A stretch of 64,000 nt of DNA from a virus (Duplodnaviria; Heunggongvirae; Uroviricota; Caudoviricetes): the IMG/VR virus record IMGVR_UViG_3300029516_000004, positions 1-64,000 of that record. One strand, given 5' to 3'. Made by a program: the position numbers and the translations under genes. Positions 32,804 to 43,307 of the stretch are shown here, one piece after another (within the stretch, counting starts at the first letter, position 1; every line of letters starts with the position of its first letter). Below the pieces are notes generated by a model. That model had not been told where the DNA came from and ran no database searches. It saw nothing but the letters and a program-made list of their open reading frames with translations.

Positions 32804-33013
32804 ATGGCTTTCATTCCACCAACCATCGACGACGTTAGACATTGCTCTAACGCTTTATCTGTAGACCCTGCCGAAACCGACGCTGCCCGCGCCATTGCTG
32901 AACACTACTCAAAGATATCCAATCAGGAGTACCGCATCACCCAAGACGACCTGGATGATCTCACTGACACAATCGAATATCTCATGGCCACTAACCAGCC
33001 AGACTCACAATAA
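32804..33013 (+). CDS. coi: Coi (C1 inactivator)
   Basis: 69 aa ORF immediately upstream of c1, between loxP and c1. Confidence 0.75.
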   Translation: MAFIPPTIDDVRHCSNALSVDPAETDAARAIAEHYSKISNQEYRITQDDLDDLTDTIEYLMATNQPDSQ

Positions 33014-33123
33014 ATGCACTAATAAATCTATTATTTTCGTTGGATCCTTCTATAATGGTGGCCAACAACTCCCAGTGTAATCCGCTGTGAGTTGTTGGCC
33101 ATGTCAATTCTGGAGGAGGATCA

Positions 33124-33975
33124 ATGATAAATTATGTCTACGGCGAACAACTGTACCAGGAGTTCGTCAGCTTCAGGGATCTCTTTCTAAAAAAAGCTGT
33201 TGCACGCGCCCAACACGTTGATGCCGCCAGCGACGGTCGTCCTGTACGCCCGGTTGTCGTTCTGCCGTTCAAAGAAACGGACAGCATTCAGGCTGAAATT
33301 GATAAATGGACTTTAATGGCGCGGGAACTGGAACAGTACCCAGATCTCAATATCCCAAAGACTATTTTATATCCTGTGCCTAACATCCTTCGCGGTGTGC
33401 GTAAGGTTACGACTTATCAGACAGAAGCTGTGAACAGCGTCAATATGACCGCTGGCCGCATTATTCATCTGATTGATAAGGACATTCGCATCCAAAAAAG
33501 CGCGGGGGTCAATGAGCACAGTGCGAAATACATAGAGAACCTGGAAGCAACAAAAGAGCTAATGAAGCAGTACCCGGAGGATGAAAAATTCCGTATGCGC
33601 GTACACGGCTTTAGCGAAACAATGCTGCGCGTCCATTACATTTCCAGTAGCCCTAACTACAATGATGGTAAATCAGTTAGTTACCATGTGCCGCTATGTG
33701 GCGTGTTTATCTGCGATGAAACTCTCCGAGATGGAATCATCATCAACGGTGAATTTGAGAAAGCAAAATTTAGCCTTTATGACTCTATAGAACCGATCAT
33801 CTGCGACCGCTGGCCGCAGGCAAAAATATATCGCCTGGCAGATATTGAAAATGTAAAAAAACAAATTGCCATCACTCGCGAAGAGAAAAAGGTCAAATCA
33901 GCCGCATCAGTTACGCGCAGCCGTAAAACTAAGAAGGGGCAGCCAGTAAACAGCAACCCCGAAAGCGCGCAATAG
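33124..33975 (+). CDS. c1: C1 repressor of lysis
   Basis: 283 aa, GGAGGAGG RBS; position between loxP/coi and pacB; multiple cognate operators in window. Confidence 0.9.
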   Translation: MINYVYGEQLYQEFVSFRDLFLKKAVARAQHVDAASDGRPVRPVVVLPFKETDSIQAEIDKWTLMARELEQYPDLNIPKTILYPVPNILRGVRKVTTYQTEAVNSVNMTAGRIIHLIDKDIRIQKSAGVNEHSAKYIENLEATKELMKQYPEDEKFRMRVHGFSETMLRVHYISSSPNYNDGKSVSYHVPLCGVFICDETLRDGIIINGEFEKAKFSLYDSIEPIICDRWPQAKIYRLADIENVKKQIAITREEKKVKSAASVTRSRKTKKGQPVNSNPESAQ

Positions 33976-34000
33976 TTTTCCATCCGGCATGGTCAAATTG

Positions 34001-35485
34001 TTATTCATTAAGCCATGCCAGAGCTTCATCAACCTGCGCTTCGTCTTCGACGCTAAGCACTTCATCTTGGGGAACATAGTTCGCCAACATAGCGAAACAA
34101 TATGTATCCCAATGGTCCGGTGAGTGCAGGTTGAGTTTTTTCTTCATATCTTCCTTTGACATCACCTTCCATTGACCTGCGGAATTTATCCCTACCGGTA
34201 TCTTTGATGCTTCCTCTATAGTCGCAGCCCCCTTATCAAGCCGCATACGCCCTGATTTTACAGCTTCTGCCGCCTGAATATTCGCGAAAGCGCGCATATC
34301 GAAATAAAGGCTTTTATCTTCACGGCTGTGCATCTTTTTACCCCAGCGGATACGCTGGACGGTAATACCATAGCGTTCGTACATCAGATCAGCCGTCGAT
34401 TTCCCCAAGCCATCGCCATCAATAGCTATGGTTATGTTCGGGAACCGTTCTGGGTTACATTCTGCGAAAATCTTGGCGGCTAACTGCGTTTCTGTAACGT
34501 CTGTGTATTCCAGCATACGATAGTTGATTACACGGCGTTTATTTCGCTGGCCGGACACCATCATGATATTAATAACGGACTTATCTCGTCCTGCGCCACC
34601 AGCAACGTCAACACATGCAACCCAGCCCCATCCTTTGGCAATCTTGACCTTTCGCCGCGTCGCCCGCTCAACCTCATCACGACCAAGAAGAAAGCCATCT
34701 TGAGATTTGGGAAATTCACCACGTACTTTAATCATATACATGGGGTTATCACGACCGCCATACTCCGCAAGTTTTGCTCGTATAAATTTTGCATCTACAA
34801 GCGGAGATTCTTCACTATTCAGTATTATCGCAGTAAACAATCCATCAGGATTTCCCGGGCGAATAGCTAGTCTGTGGTGTGAATCGTAGAAATAGCCTGA
34901 AGGTCGCGTAGGCTGGGAAAGAAGCAGAATACGGTTATCCTTACCGGTCAGCGCACCTGTTATCACACTGAATGCTTTATCACTCACACCCGACGCTTCG
35001 TCGATGATATACAAGAGATGATCGGCGTGTTCACCAGCCAACGCCTCCTCATTTCCGGGGCGACAGGACTTTATCAATATTGTCCAAACACCCTTGCCAG
35101 TCACCTCAAAAAAAGACGTTTCTGTAAGAATGAAATACTTCGACAACCACGGGAATCTGCTAACAGCAGTAGCCCAATTGCTCTTTATGTATTTGAAAAT
35201 ACCATCAAGGACTTGCTGTCTTTTGTTAGCGACCAGAATAACGCGAGCGCCGGGGAAAAACATGATGAAGAGTATTGCAATGATACTCGTCATATCCGAC
35301 TTACCAGTACCATGGCCGGAGGTCACACTTGTCCAACTGCCGTCCTGCTGCGTGGACTCAATGATCTCATCCTGCTGCCAGGTTGGTGTCTTCCCAAACA
35401 ACACATCAGCGGCCGCAATCCAGTCATAACGATATAGCGCCACCAGCTCGCGCCAACGTGGGTCCGTTACGCAACTTCTGGCCAT
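34001..35485 (-). CDS. pacB: Terminase large subunit PacB
   Basis: 494 aa; Walker [10 protein letters not shown], Walker [12 protein letters not shown]-terminal nuclease-like region; overlaps pacA stop. Confidence 0.85.
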   Translation of the reverse strand: MARSCVTDPRWRELVALYRYDWIAAADVLFGKTPTWQQDEIIESTQQDGSWTSVTSGHGTGKSDMTSIIAILFIMFFPGARVILVANKRQQVLDGIFKYIKSNWATAVSRFPWLSKYFILTETSFFEVTGKGVWTILIKSCRPGNEEALAGEHADHLLYIIDEASGVSDKAFSVITGALTGKDNRILLLSQPTRPSGYFYDSHHRLAIRPGNPDGLFTAIILNSEESPLVDAKFIRAKLAEYGGRDNPMYMIKVRGEFPKSQDGFLLGRDEVERATRRKVKIAKGWGWVACVDVAGGAGRDKSVINIMMVSGQRNKRRVINYRMLEYTDVTETQLAAKIFAECNPERFPNITIAIDGDGLGKSTADLMYERYGITVQRIRWGKKMHSREDKSLYFDMRAFANIQAAEAVKSGRMRLDKGAATIEEASKIPVGINSAGQWKVMSKEDMKKKLNLHSPDHWDTYCFAMLANYVPQDEVLSVEDEAQVDEALAWLNE

Positions 35486-36678
35486 TAATCATCATCCCCG
35501 TACAGTTTGCGGGTAACTTCTTCGTCTTCCTCCTCGTCTTCGTCCAGATCCTGTTCAAGCCATGCTTCGTTTGATATGCCTTCCGCATCGACATCACCAT
35601 AACCACCTGTATCGACGATATCGGCAATTTCTTCTCTACGATGCTCAATCCACAATGCGGCATCAGCGCGGCGGCTGGCGGCCCGTTCTCGCGCGATTTT
35701 ATCCAGATCTTCAAGTGATGGAGCGCCAGATGCTGTTTGGTTTTCCTCGTCATCGGTATTGGTCTTAGGAGCACGCAGATCGGCTTTGATTTGCTCCAGC
35801 ATCAGGGGCGGCACTTTCCCTCCATGCGCCTCGATGAATTCAGCTGCTTCCAGCACTGACCAGTTATTTTCACGCTTTCGTTCGTATGCCAGCTTAACAA
35901 TGCCAGCTTGCCCCATAGATAAAGCGTGCTTTTCCGCCTCCCGGCTTTCTTTTCGATAGTTATTCCGGATGCTGTAAATGGTGTTGATCAGGCTGCTTAT
36001 CTGCGCGGAACAGCTGTTTAGCATGCTCGCGATACGGTATTCAGGCGGAGTACCTTCATCATCGTCTTTTTGCTGATCGCGCATTTCCTGCACCAGGCGA
36101 ATACACGTATCCCTGGCGTTCTCCAGCATAAGGAGATGAGAAAGAGACTTTTCAAGAAGAGTGGTTTCCAGAACATCGGCCCCGGACCGACGCAACATAG
36201 CGCGCGCGGCCTTCCGTGCTTCAACGTTATCTATCAGGTAATCGCCAGCTTCGAATTCAAAGCGTTCACCATCATCATCCAGGGTGTCGCGTTCCAGGCG
36301 ATCACGTAAGGTACGGTGGGCGCGAGTGATCACGTCATGATCATCAGAACGATCATTTATGCGCTTATTTTGGCGCTTAGCGTTCTCGACTGCGGCACTG
36401 ACAACAGCATTAACTCTTTGTTTTTCAGCCATTTCAGCCACAATGTGATCACCTGCACGTTGATCATTAGCGTGATCAATGATCATGCTTTTTAGTGGTT
36501 TCCTGACAGGCTTATTTGGCTTACGACTGTCCGCTGTTCCGGTGTCTTCTTTGAATGCACGGAGATAACGACGTGCGGTGTTTGGGTTGAGATTAAACTC
36601 GGCGGCATATTGTGCGATGGTGTAACCACCATCTCGCGCCAGGCGAGCAAAATTCTTCTTGTGATCGTCCCAGGTCAC
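35485..36678 (-). CDS. pacA: Terminase small subunit PacA (contains pac site)
   Basis: 397 aa, GTG start after AGGAAG, acidic C-terminus; GATC clusters inside 5' part. Confidence 0.8.
   Translation of the reverse strand: MTWDDHKKNFARLARDGGYTIAQYAAEFNLNPNTARRYLRAFKEDTGTADSRKPNKPVRKPLKSMIIDHANDQRAGDHIVAEMAEKQRVNAVVSAAVENAKRQNKRINDRSDDHDVITRAHRTLRDRLERDTLDDDGERFEFEAGDYLIDNVEARKAARAMLRRSGADVLETTLLEKSLSHLLMLENARDTCIRLVQEMRDQQKDDDEGTPPEYRIASMLNSCSAQISSLINTIYSIRNNYRKESREAEKHALSMGQAGIVKLAYERKRENNWSVLEAAEFIEAHGGKVPPLMLEQIKADLRAPKTNTDDEENQTASGAPSLEDLDKIARERAASRRADAALWIEHRREEIADIVDTGGYGDVDAEGISNEAWLEQDLDEDEEEDEEVTRKLYGDDD
36300..36484. other. pac packaging site (two GATC clusters)
   Basis: Four GATC at 36300-36354 and four at 36447-36484 inside pacA 5' region. 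Confidence 0.7.
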
Positions 36679-36721
36679 TTATGCTTCCTTTCGTATAAAA
36701 CTCTTTTTGACGCGAGGGTAA

Positions 36722-36742
36722 CGAAAGTCACATGTCAAAAGG
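36722..36742 (-). promoter_or_regulatory. Putative late promoter for pacA
   Basis: Minus-strand TTTTGACATGTGACTTTCG resembles the late element; about 45 nt upstream of pacA start. Confidence 0.35.
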
Positions 36743-36764
36743 CCCGGAACGGGCAAGCAATCAA

Positions 36765-37217
36765 TCAGATACGTGCGGATGTAGCATTACCGTAATGACG
36801 GTGCTGACGGGCCACCTTATTGAAAAGTTGACGCGCCATTACCCAAGGCTGGTGCTCCCGGCGTTCCTTTTCGTCCTGCGTCATATAGAGTTCGTTCTGG
36901 AGTTTTTCATCAAACCGGCGCGGAGCGCGGCTACGGCGAAAGAATTCAGGATTCAGAGAGTGGATCTGAAATCTACGTGGGCGTGTACTGTCATCAATCA
37001 AAACAGACGAATACTTAGACACAGCGATAGCCTTTAAGCGCAGATAAACATCGCGCTTATCGACATCCAGATGCGGGTATTCCTTTTCAAGAATTGCTGC
37101 GAGTTCTTTCGCTGATAGAAGAGATTTAGTGCGGATCATGTAATCCGCAATCTCGTACGATGTTATTCGTGAGTGATTTATTTCCATGAAGTGGCGTCCC
37201 TGCCAGTTAAGTAACAT
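36765..37217 (-). CDS. lpa: Lpa late promoter activator
   Basis: 150 aa; position between pdcB and pacA; C1 operator-like site upstream. Confidence 0.7.
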   Translation of the reverse strand: MLLNWQGRHFMEINHSRITSYEIADYMIRTKSLLSAKELAAILEKEYPHLDVDKRDVYLRLKAIAVSKYSSVLIDDSTRPRRFQIHSLNPEFFRRSRAPRRFDEKLQNELYMTQDEKERREHQPWVMARQLFNKVARQHRHYGNATSARI

Positions 37218-37287
37218 CCTGTCACCTACTGATTAGCCCATGTCAACTAATCAACGTGGAATATAATACCCTCGATTAAAGAAATAG

Positions 37288-37304
37288 CAATACATTAGAG
37301 CAAT
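37288..37304 (-). promoter_or_regulatory. C1 operator-like site upstream of lpa
   Basis: caatacattagagcaat, 13/17; same strand as lpa. Confidence 0.5.
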
Positions 37305-37305
37305 T

Positions 37306-38349
37306 TTATCTAACGCTCAACGAGTGACTTGTGATAGCGCCGACTCCAAGCGCGTAATCAAAGAACAATCGTTGATGCATCGCCAGCCTACCGTGCGTCT
37401 TCTCCCAATTATCGCGGTCACGCTCAATATCACGCTGGCATGACTGGCACAGAGGAATTGCGTAAATGTCATGCGCGCATAATCGACTATGACGAACAAT
37501 ATAAGGCGTAATGTGAGCGCCAGCTCCCGCCGCTCCACACCCACAGCATGGACGGGAAGCAACAAAGTCCATGTACTCAGGTAATTTTAGCGATTGCAGT
37601 TTTGGTATTTTGAAATGCGCCATGCCAGGGTCGGAGTCAACATCCACAGGGCATACTTTTGCACGCATCGGCGCGGCGCGTTCTTCCATCATCTGAACAT
37701 ATGCTGTAGCGCGATCGTCATACGGGCGAATATCCGCCTCTTTCAGAGGTCCGCTATCCTGCGTTGCGGCTTTCATCTTATTTATTGATATACGGCAAAC
37801 TTCTTCCGGCATCAGGTGCATCATGTTGCGCATGAAAGCCCACCAGCACAGTTCCTGAATACTTAAATCATGGCCATCTGAAAGCCCCATTTCCTGACGG
37901 GCGACATCCAGTATCCAGTTAACGCGATTATTATGCAGCGTTTCTTTCAGCTCATTAAAACCACGCATCCGGTAATGGTTATCGTGATGCCAGCACAGCA
38001 ACACCGCGCTATTGTCTCGTTCAGCGTGGACAATATGGTTGTCACACCAACTATGATCTGCGGCCTGGCATCGCCCCTCTTTCCTGCGCAACCACGCCAC
38101 CAGCGCGTCAATTCCACCAATACGACGAAACAGCTCATCGCTGTTAAAAAACGGCTGCAACGCCTCATTTGTTGCCATGGTTTGCTCGGAAACAACGAGG
38201 CCGTCGTCCATGTGCTCGATTAACTCACGCGGCACCGGCTCCATAATAAATTTACGGCCAGCCTCCACCAGCTTTCTGACCTCCTGATCCACTTTGAACG
38301 TGGCGAGGCCAAGCTCTTTCTGTACAAAGGGAGTAATTACGGCTTTCAC
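37306..38349 (-). CDS. PdcB-like protein (post-doc)
   Basis: 347 aa Cys/His-rich ORF downstream of doc; position. Confidence 0.5.
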   Translation of the reverse strand: MKAVITPFVQKELGLATFKVDQEVRKLVEAGRKFIMEPVPRELIEHMDDGLVVSEQTMATNEALQPFFNSDELFRRIGGIDALVAWLRRKEGRCQAADHSWCDNHIVHAERDNSAVLLCWHHDNHYRMRGFNELKETLHNNRVNWILDVARQEMGLSDGHDLSIQELCWWAFMRNMMHLMPEEVCRISINKMKAATQDSGPLKEADIRPYDDRATAYVQMMEERAAPMRAKVCPVDVDSDPGMAHFKIPKLQSLKLPEYMDFVASRPCCGCGAAGAGAHITPYIVRHSRLCAHDIYAIPLCQSCQRDIERDRDNWEKTHGRLAMHQRLFFDYALGVGAITSHSLSVR

Positions 38350-38376
38350 ATCACACCTTTAATCACTGATTGGGCT

Positions 38377-38556
38377 TTATCTGCTGCCCGGCATTCTCTG
38401 TTTAAGCACAACCATTTCCTGACGGCATAACACAGCAATAGCGGTCCTGGCACCAATTTGCTTACCAACCAGGTATTGCTTTACCTTGCGGCGACTCACG
38501 CCATCAAGAAGCATCTTTAACGCTTCACGGGACAATTTGTTGTATTTGCGTGCCAT
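38377..38556 (-). CDS. Small basic protein between doc and pdcB (PdcA position)
   Basis: Short ORF, basic; weak. Confidence 0.3.
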   Translation of the reverse strand: MARKYNKLSREALKMLLDGVSRRKVKQYLVGKQIGARTAIAVLCRQEMVVLKQRMPGSR

Positions 38557-38560
38557 TAAT

Positions 38561-38941
38561 CTACTCCGCAGAACCATACAATCTACGTAACGTGTCGGCG
38601 ACAGAAGATACAGATATCTCGCCAGTCGCAGCGCCTACGGTAAGGTCTGCCAGTTCAGGTGAATCAAATACCTGCACCCCGTTACGGCGTAGAAATAGCA
38701 GCGCACTGTTTAGCGCGGTACGCTTATTGGCATCATTGAATATATGCCCTCTCGCTGTAGCCACCAGGTAGGTGGCGGAGACTTCGAAAAGGTCGGTGAT
38801 CTCTTCGTAGGCAACTCTGGCCTGAACTCTCCCGATAATGGCCTCTGCCCTACCCGGATCTGACATTCCCGGCAGGCCGCCGTAGCGGTTTATATTCGCA
38901 TCATGAAGCGCAATAAGTTCTTCCGGTGATATATGCCTCAT
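38561..38941 (-). CDS. doc: Doc toxin (Fic-fold)
   Basis: 126 aa with Fic-like motif ([19 protein letters not shown]); start overlaps phd stop. Confidence 0.9.
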   Translation of the reverse strand: MRHISPEELIALHDANINRYGGLPGMSDPGRAEAIIGRVQARVAYEEITDLFEVSATYLVATARGHIFNDANKRTALNSALLFLRRNGVQVFDSPELADLTVGAATGEISVSSVADTLRRLYGSAE

Positions 38942-39162
38942 TATCGGTTAACCAGTTCCTTGTTGGTGGAGTCCAGGGTGTCAAACAGGGATGCAAATTC
39001 AGCATCCAGCGCCGCTTTTTTGTAGGCTTCGAAAGTAGCCTTGCTGACAATTACTGCTGGCTCACGGCCTCTGCGGGTGATTTCAACCTCTTCCCCGGCC
39101 TCAACATTGTTGAGCACTTCAGAAAGGTTGCCGCGCGCGGTACGGAAGTTAATGGATTGCAT
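38941..39162 (-). CDS. phd: Phd antitoxin
   Basis: 73 aa, [39 protein letters not shown]. Confidence 0.9.
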   Translation of the reverse strand: MQSINFRTARGNLSEVLNNVEAGEEVEITRRGREPAVIVSKATFEAYKKAALDAEFASLFDTLDSTNKELVNR

Positions 39163-39170
39163 AAATACCT

Positions 39171-39193
39171 CGTGTACTCGTTATGTGTACACA
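39171..39193. promoter_or_regulatory. phd-doc operator/promoter palindromes
   Basis: gtgtac and tgtgtacaca palindromic units directly upstream of phd. Confidence 0.4.
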
Positions 39194-39338
39194 ATTATAA
39201 ACTTCACAGGCATAAAGCACCAGCACTTTGCGGCTTAACAAACCTCTAGGCAGGTCATTCGTAGCCTAATGTCCGAACTGCTAAAGCATCCAAGTTGCTG
39301 TAGAATCACCGCCAATTACATAAGCCTGAAATAAGTGG

Positions 39339-40901
39339 ATGAAAATGACAAGTATTCAACAACGTGCAGAGCTTCATCGTCAAATCTGGCAAATTGCTAA
39401 CGATGTCAGGGGTTCGGTCGATGGATGGGATTTTAAGCAATACGTTCTGGGCGCACTTTTCTACCGTTTTATCAGCGAAAATTTTTCCAGCTATATTGAA
39501 GCCGGGGATGACAGTATCTGTTATGCGAAACTGGATGACAGCGTAATTACTGATGACATTAAAGACGATGCTATCAAAACTAAAGGCTACTTCATCTACC
39601 CCAGTCAGCTTTTCTGCAACGTAGCGGCGAAAGCAAATACCAATGACAGACTGAATGCAGATTTAAACAGCATCTTCGTTGCTATCGAAAGTTCTGCTTA
39701 CGGTTATCCTTCAGAAGCTGACATCAAAGGTTTGTTTGCTGATTTCGATACCACCAGTAACCGCCTGGGTAACACCGTTAAAGATAAAAATGCCCGCCTG
39801 GCTGCGGTTCTGAAAGGGGTTGAAGGGTTAAAACTTGGTGACTTCAACGAACATCAGATTGACCTGTTCGGTGATGCCTATGAGTTCCTGATCTCTAACT
39901 ATGCGGCAAATGCCGGTAAGTCAGGCGGCGAGTTCTTTACACCGCAGCACGTCTCTAAGCTGATTGCACAACTGGCTATGCACGGGCAGACCCACGTTAA
40001 CAAAATCTACGACCCGGCAGCAGGCTCCGGTTCGCTGTTGTTGCAGGCTAAAAAACAGTTTGATGACCATATCATCGAAGAAGGTTTTTTTGGTCAGGAA
40101 ATCAACCATACGACCTATAACCTGGCGCGTATGAACATGTTTTTGCACAACATCAACTACGACAAGTTTGATATCAAGCTGGGCAATACGCTGACTGAAC
40201 CGCACTTCAGAGATGAAAAACCGTTTGATGCCATCGTTTCTAACCCGCCGTATTCGGTGAAATGGATTGGCAGCGATGACCCGACGCTGATTAACGATGA
40301 ACGTTTTGCCCCGGCTGGCGTTCTGGCCCCCAAATCCAAAGCTGACTTTGCGTTTGTATTACATGCGCTGAACTATCTTTCTGCCAAAGGTCGTGCTGCG
40401 ATTGTTTGCTTCCCGGGTATTTTTTACCGTGGCGGTGCGGAGCAGAAAATCCGTCAGTATCTGGTCGACAATAACTATGTCGAAACCGTGATTTCACTGG
40501 CACCGAATCTGTTCTTTGGCACCACCATTGCCGTCAATATTCTGGTGCTGTCTAAACATAAAACCGATACCAAAGTTCAGTTTATTGACGCCAGCGAACT
40601 ATTCAAAAAAGAGACCAACAACAATATCCTGACCGATGCCCATATCGAACAGATTATGCAGGTATTTGCCAGCAAGGAAGATGTTGCTCATCTGGCGAAA
40701 TCAGTCGCGTTTGAGACCGTTGTTGCTAATGACTATAACCTGTCGGTGAGCAGCTATGTTGAAGCGAAAGATACTCGCGAAATTATCGATATCGCTGAGT
40801 TGAATGCAGAGCTGAAAACCACGGTCAGCAAAATCGACCAGTTGCGTAAAGATATTGATGCAATTGTGGCTGAAATTGAAGGCTGCGAGGTGCAGAAATG
40901 A
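39339..40901 (+). CDS. hsdM: Type I restriction-modification methyltransferase HsdM
   Basis: 520 aa; AdoMet motif [11 protein letters not shown], catalytic SNPPYSVKW. Confidence 0.9.
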   Translation: MKMTSIQQRAELHRQIWQIANDVRGSVDGWDFKQYVLGALFYRFISENFSSYIEAGDDSICYAKLDDSVITDDIKDDAIKTKGYFIYPSQLFCNVAAKANTNDRLNADLNSIFVAIESSAYGYPSEADIKGLFADFDTTSNRLGNTVKDKNARLAAVLKGVEGLKLGDFNEHQIDLFGDAYEFLISNYAANAGKSGGEFFTPQHVSKLIAQLAMHGQTHVNKIYDPAAGSGSLLLQAKKQFDDHIIEEGFFGQEINHTTYNLARMNMFLHNINYDKFDIKLGNTLTEPHFRDEKPFDAIVSNPPYSVKWIGSDDPTLINDERFAPAGVLAPKSKADFAFVLHALNYLSAKGRAAIVCFPGIFYRGGAEQKIRQYLVDNNYVETVISLAPNLFFGTTIAVNILVLSKHKTDTKVQFIDASELFKKETNNNILTDAHIEQIMQVFASKEDVAHLAKSVAFETVVANDYNLSVSSYVEAKDTREIIDIAELNAELKTTVSKIDQLRKDIDAIVAEIEGCEVQK

Positions 40902-42115
40902 GCGAGTTGAGTTATCTGGAAAAATTGATGGATGGGGTTGAAGTTGAGTGGTTGCCACTCTCAAAAGTATTCAACTTAAGGAATGGTTATACACCGTCTA
41001 AAACTAAAAAAGAATTTTGGGCGAATGGTGATATACCTTGGTTCAGAATGGATGACATACGTGAAAATGGTAGAATTCTAGGGAGTTCACTTCAAAAAAT
41101 TTCATCCTGCGCCGTAAAAGGGGGGAAACTATTTCCTGAAAATTCAATATTAATATCAACGTCGGCAACAATTGGTGAGCATGCTTTAATCACTGTACCT
41201 CATCTAGCCAATCAAAGGTTTACATGTTTGGCTTTAAAAGAGTCTTATGCTGATTGCTTTGATATTAAATTTTTATTTTACTACTGTTTTTCTTTAGCTG
41301 AGTGGTGCCGAAAAAACACAACGATGTCCAGTTTTGCGTCTGTTGATATGGATGGATTCAAAAAATTTTTAATCCCTCGCCCCTGCCCGGATAATCCGGA
41401 AAAATCCCTTGCCATCCAGTCTGAAATCGTGCGAATTCTGGACAAATTCAGCGCCCTTACTGCAGAGCTTACTGCAGAGCTTACTGCAGAGCTTAGCATG
41501 CGTAAAAAACAATACAACTACTATCGCGACCAGTTGTTGAGTTTTAAAGAGGATGAGGTTGAGGGTAAGAGGAAAACCTTAGGGGAAATTATGAAGATGC
41601 GTGCCGGACAACATATTTCGGCTCATAATATAATTGAAAGAAAAGAAGAGAGTTATATATATCCTTGTTTTGGAGGAAATGGCATACGGGGTTACGTCAA
41701 AGAAAAAAGTCATGATGGAGAACATCTATTAATAGGGCGACAAGGAGCATTGTGTGGTAATGTTCAAAGAATGAAAGGCCAGTTCTATGCTACAGAACAT
41801 GCTGTTGTAGTTTCAGTCATGCCCGGGATTAACATTGACTGGGCATTTCATATGTTAACGGCAATGAATCTAAACCAATATGCTTCAAAATCGGCACAAC
41901 CGGGACTTGCTGTAGGGAAATTACAGGAATTGAAATTATTTGTCCCTTCAATAGAGAGACAAATATATATTGCCGCAATACTCGATAAATTCGACACTCT
42001 GACCAACTCCATCACCGAAGGTCTCCCGCGTGAAATCGAGTTACGCCAGAAACAGTACGAATATTATCGAGATATGCTATTTAGTTTCCTGAAGCCGGAA
42101 GTAGCAGAGGCATGA
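40898..42115 (+). CDS. hsdS: Type IC specificity subunit HsdS
   Basis: Two AT-rich variable domains separated by conserved central region with three TAEL repeats; conserved C-terminal [20 protein letters not shown]. Confidence 0.85.
   Translation: MSELSYLEKLMDGVEVEWLPLSKVFNLRNGYTPSKTKKEFWANGDIPWFRMDDIRENGRILGSSLQKISSCAVKGGKLFPENSILISTSATIGEHALITVPHLANQRFTCLALKESYADCFDIKFLFYYCFSLAEWCRKNTTMSSFASVDMDGFKKFLIPRPCPDNPEKSLAIQSEIVRILDKFSALTAELTAELTAELSMRKKQYNYYRDQLLSFKEDEVEGKRKTLGEIMKMRAGQHISAHNIIERKEESYIYPCFGGNGIRGYVKEKSHDGEHLLIGRQGALCGNVQRMKGQFYATEHAVVVSVMPGINIDWAFHMLTAMNLNQYASKSAQPGLAVGKLQELKLFVPSIERQIYIAAILDKFDTLTNSITEGLPREIELRQKQYEYYRDMLFSFLKPEVAEA
41456..41491 (+). repeat. 3 x 12-bp in-frame tandem repeat (cttactgcagag) in hsdS central region
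   Basis: Encodes [13 protein letters not shown]. Confidence 0.8.
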
Positions 42116-42116
42116 C

Positions 42117-43307
42117 ATGGGCAAGACACTCTCGGAAATAGCTCAACAGCTTAGTACGCCTCAGAAAGTCAAGAAGACTGTCCATAAAGAAGTTGAAGCG
42201 ACCAGGGCCGTGCCAAAGGTGCAGTTAATCTACGCTTTCAATGGCACGGGGAAAACGCGTCTTTCCCGGGATTTCAAGCAACTGCTTGAGTCCAAAGTTC
42301 ATGACGGAGAAGGTGAAGACGAAGCTGAACAGTCCGCGTTGTCGCGCAAAAAAATCCTCTATTATAATGCCTTCACCGAGGACTTGTTCTATTGGGATAA
42401 CGATCTGCAAGAAGACGCAGAACCGAAGCTGAAGGTGCAGCCTAACTCCTATACAAACTGGTTGCTGACCTTGCTAAAAGATTTGGGACAGGATAGCAAT
42501 ATCGTCCGTTATTTCCAGCGCTATGCGAACGACAAGCTAACGCCACACTTCAATCCAGATTTTACCGAAATCACTTTTTCCATGGAGCGCGGTAACGATG
42601 AGCGTTCCGCCCACATCAAGTTATCCAAAGGTGAAGAGAGCAACTTCATCTGGAGTGTGTTTTACACCCTACTGGATCAAGTGGTAACAATTCTCAATGT
42701 CGCTGACCCGGATGCGCGCGAGACCCACGCATTTGATCAACTGAAATATGTATTCATTGATGATCCCGTTAGCTCCCTTGATGATAACCACTTGATTGAA
42801 CTGGCGGTTGATCTTGCAGGGCTGATCAAATCCAGCGAATCCGATTTGAAGTTCATTATCACGACACATAGTCCAATATTTTATAATGTACTTTTCAATG
42901 AGTTGAACGGTAAAGTTTGCTACATGTTGGAAAGTTTTGAGGATGGTACATTTGCCCTCACAGAAAAATATGGCGACTCTAACAAGAGTTTTTCCTACCA
43001 TCTCCACCTAAAGCAAACAATCGAACAGGCAATTGCTGACAACAACGTTGAAAGATATCATTTCACGTTACTGCGCAATCTTTATGAGAAAACGGCCAGC
43101 TTTCTGGGCTACCCTAAATGGTCTGAACTCTTGCCTGACGACAAGCAGCTTTATCTGAGCAGAATCATCAATTTCACAAGCCACAGCACGCTATCGAATG
43201 AGGCCGTTGCAGAGCCAACGCCAGCGGAGAAAGCGACTGTCAAACTGTTGCTCGATCACTTGAAGAACAACTGTGGCTTCTGGCAGCAGGAACAAAAAAA
43301 TGGTTGA
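42117..43307 (+). CDS. prrC: PrrC anticodon nuclease
   Basis: 396 aa; N-terminal P-loop FNGTGKT; C-terminal R320-x3-E324 ... H356 spacing (LLRNLYEKT...NFTSHSTLS); embedded between hsdS and hsdR as in the prr locus. Confidence 0.9.
   Translation: MGKTLSEIAQQLSTPQKVKKTVHKEVEATRAVPKVQLIYAFNGTGKTRLSRDFKQLLESKVHDGEGEDEAEQSALSRKKILYYNAFTEDLFYWDNDLQEDAEPKLKVQPNSYTNWLLTLLKDLGQDSNIVRYFQRYANDKLTPHFNPDFTEITFSMERGNDERSAHIKLSKGEESNFIWSVFYTLLDQVVTILNVADPDARETHAFDQLKYVFIDDPVSSLDDNHLIELAVDLAGLIKSSESDLKFIITTHSPIFYNVLFNELNGKVCYMLESFEDGTFALTEKYGDSNKSFSYHLHLKQTIEQAIADNNVERYHFTLLRNLYEKTASFLGYPKWSELLPDDKQLYLSRIINFTSHSTLSNEAVAEPTPAEKATVKLLLDHLKNNCGFWQQEQKNG

Noticed and set aside
36732-37037. Plus-strand 101-aa ORF antisense to lpa
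   Set aside because: Antisense to a well-supported gene, no RBS or motif.
41456-41491. Tandem 12-bp repeats as a CRISPR-like or VNTR array
   Set aside because: Only three units, in-frame inside hsdS, encoding the known TAEL spacer repeat; no spacers.
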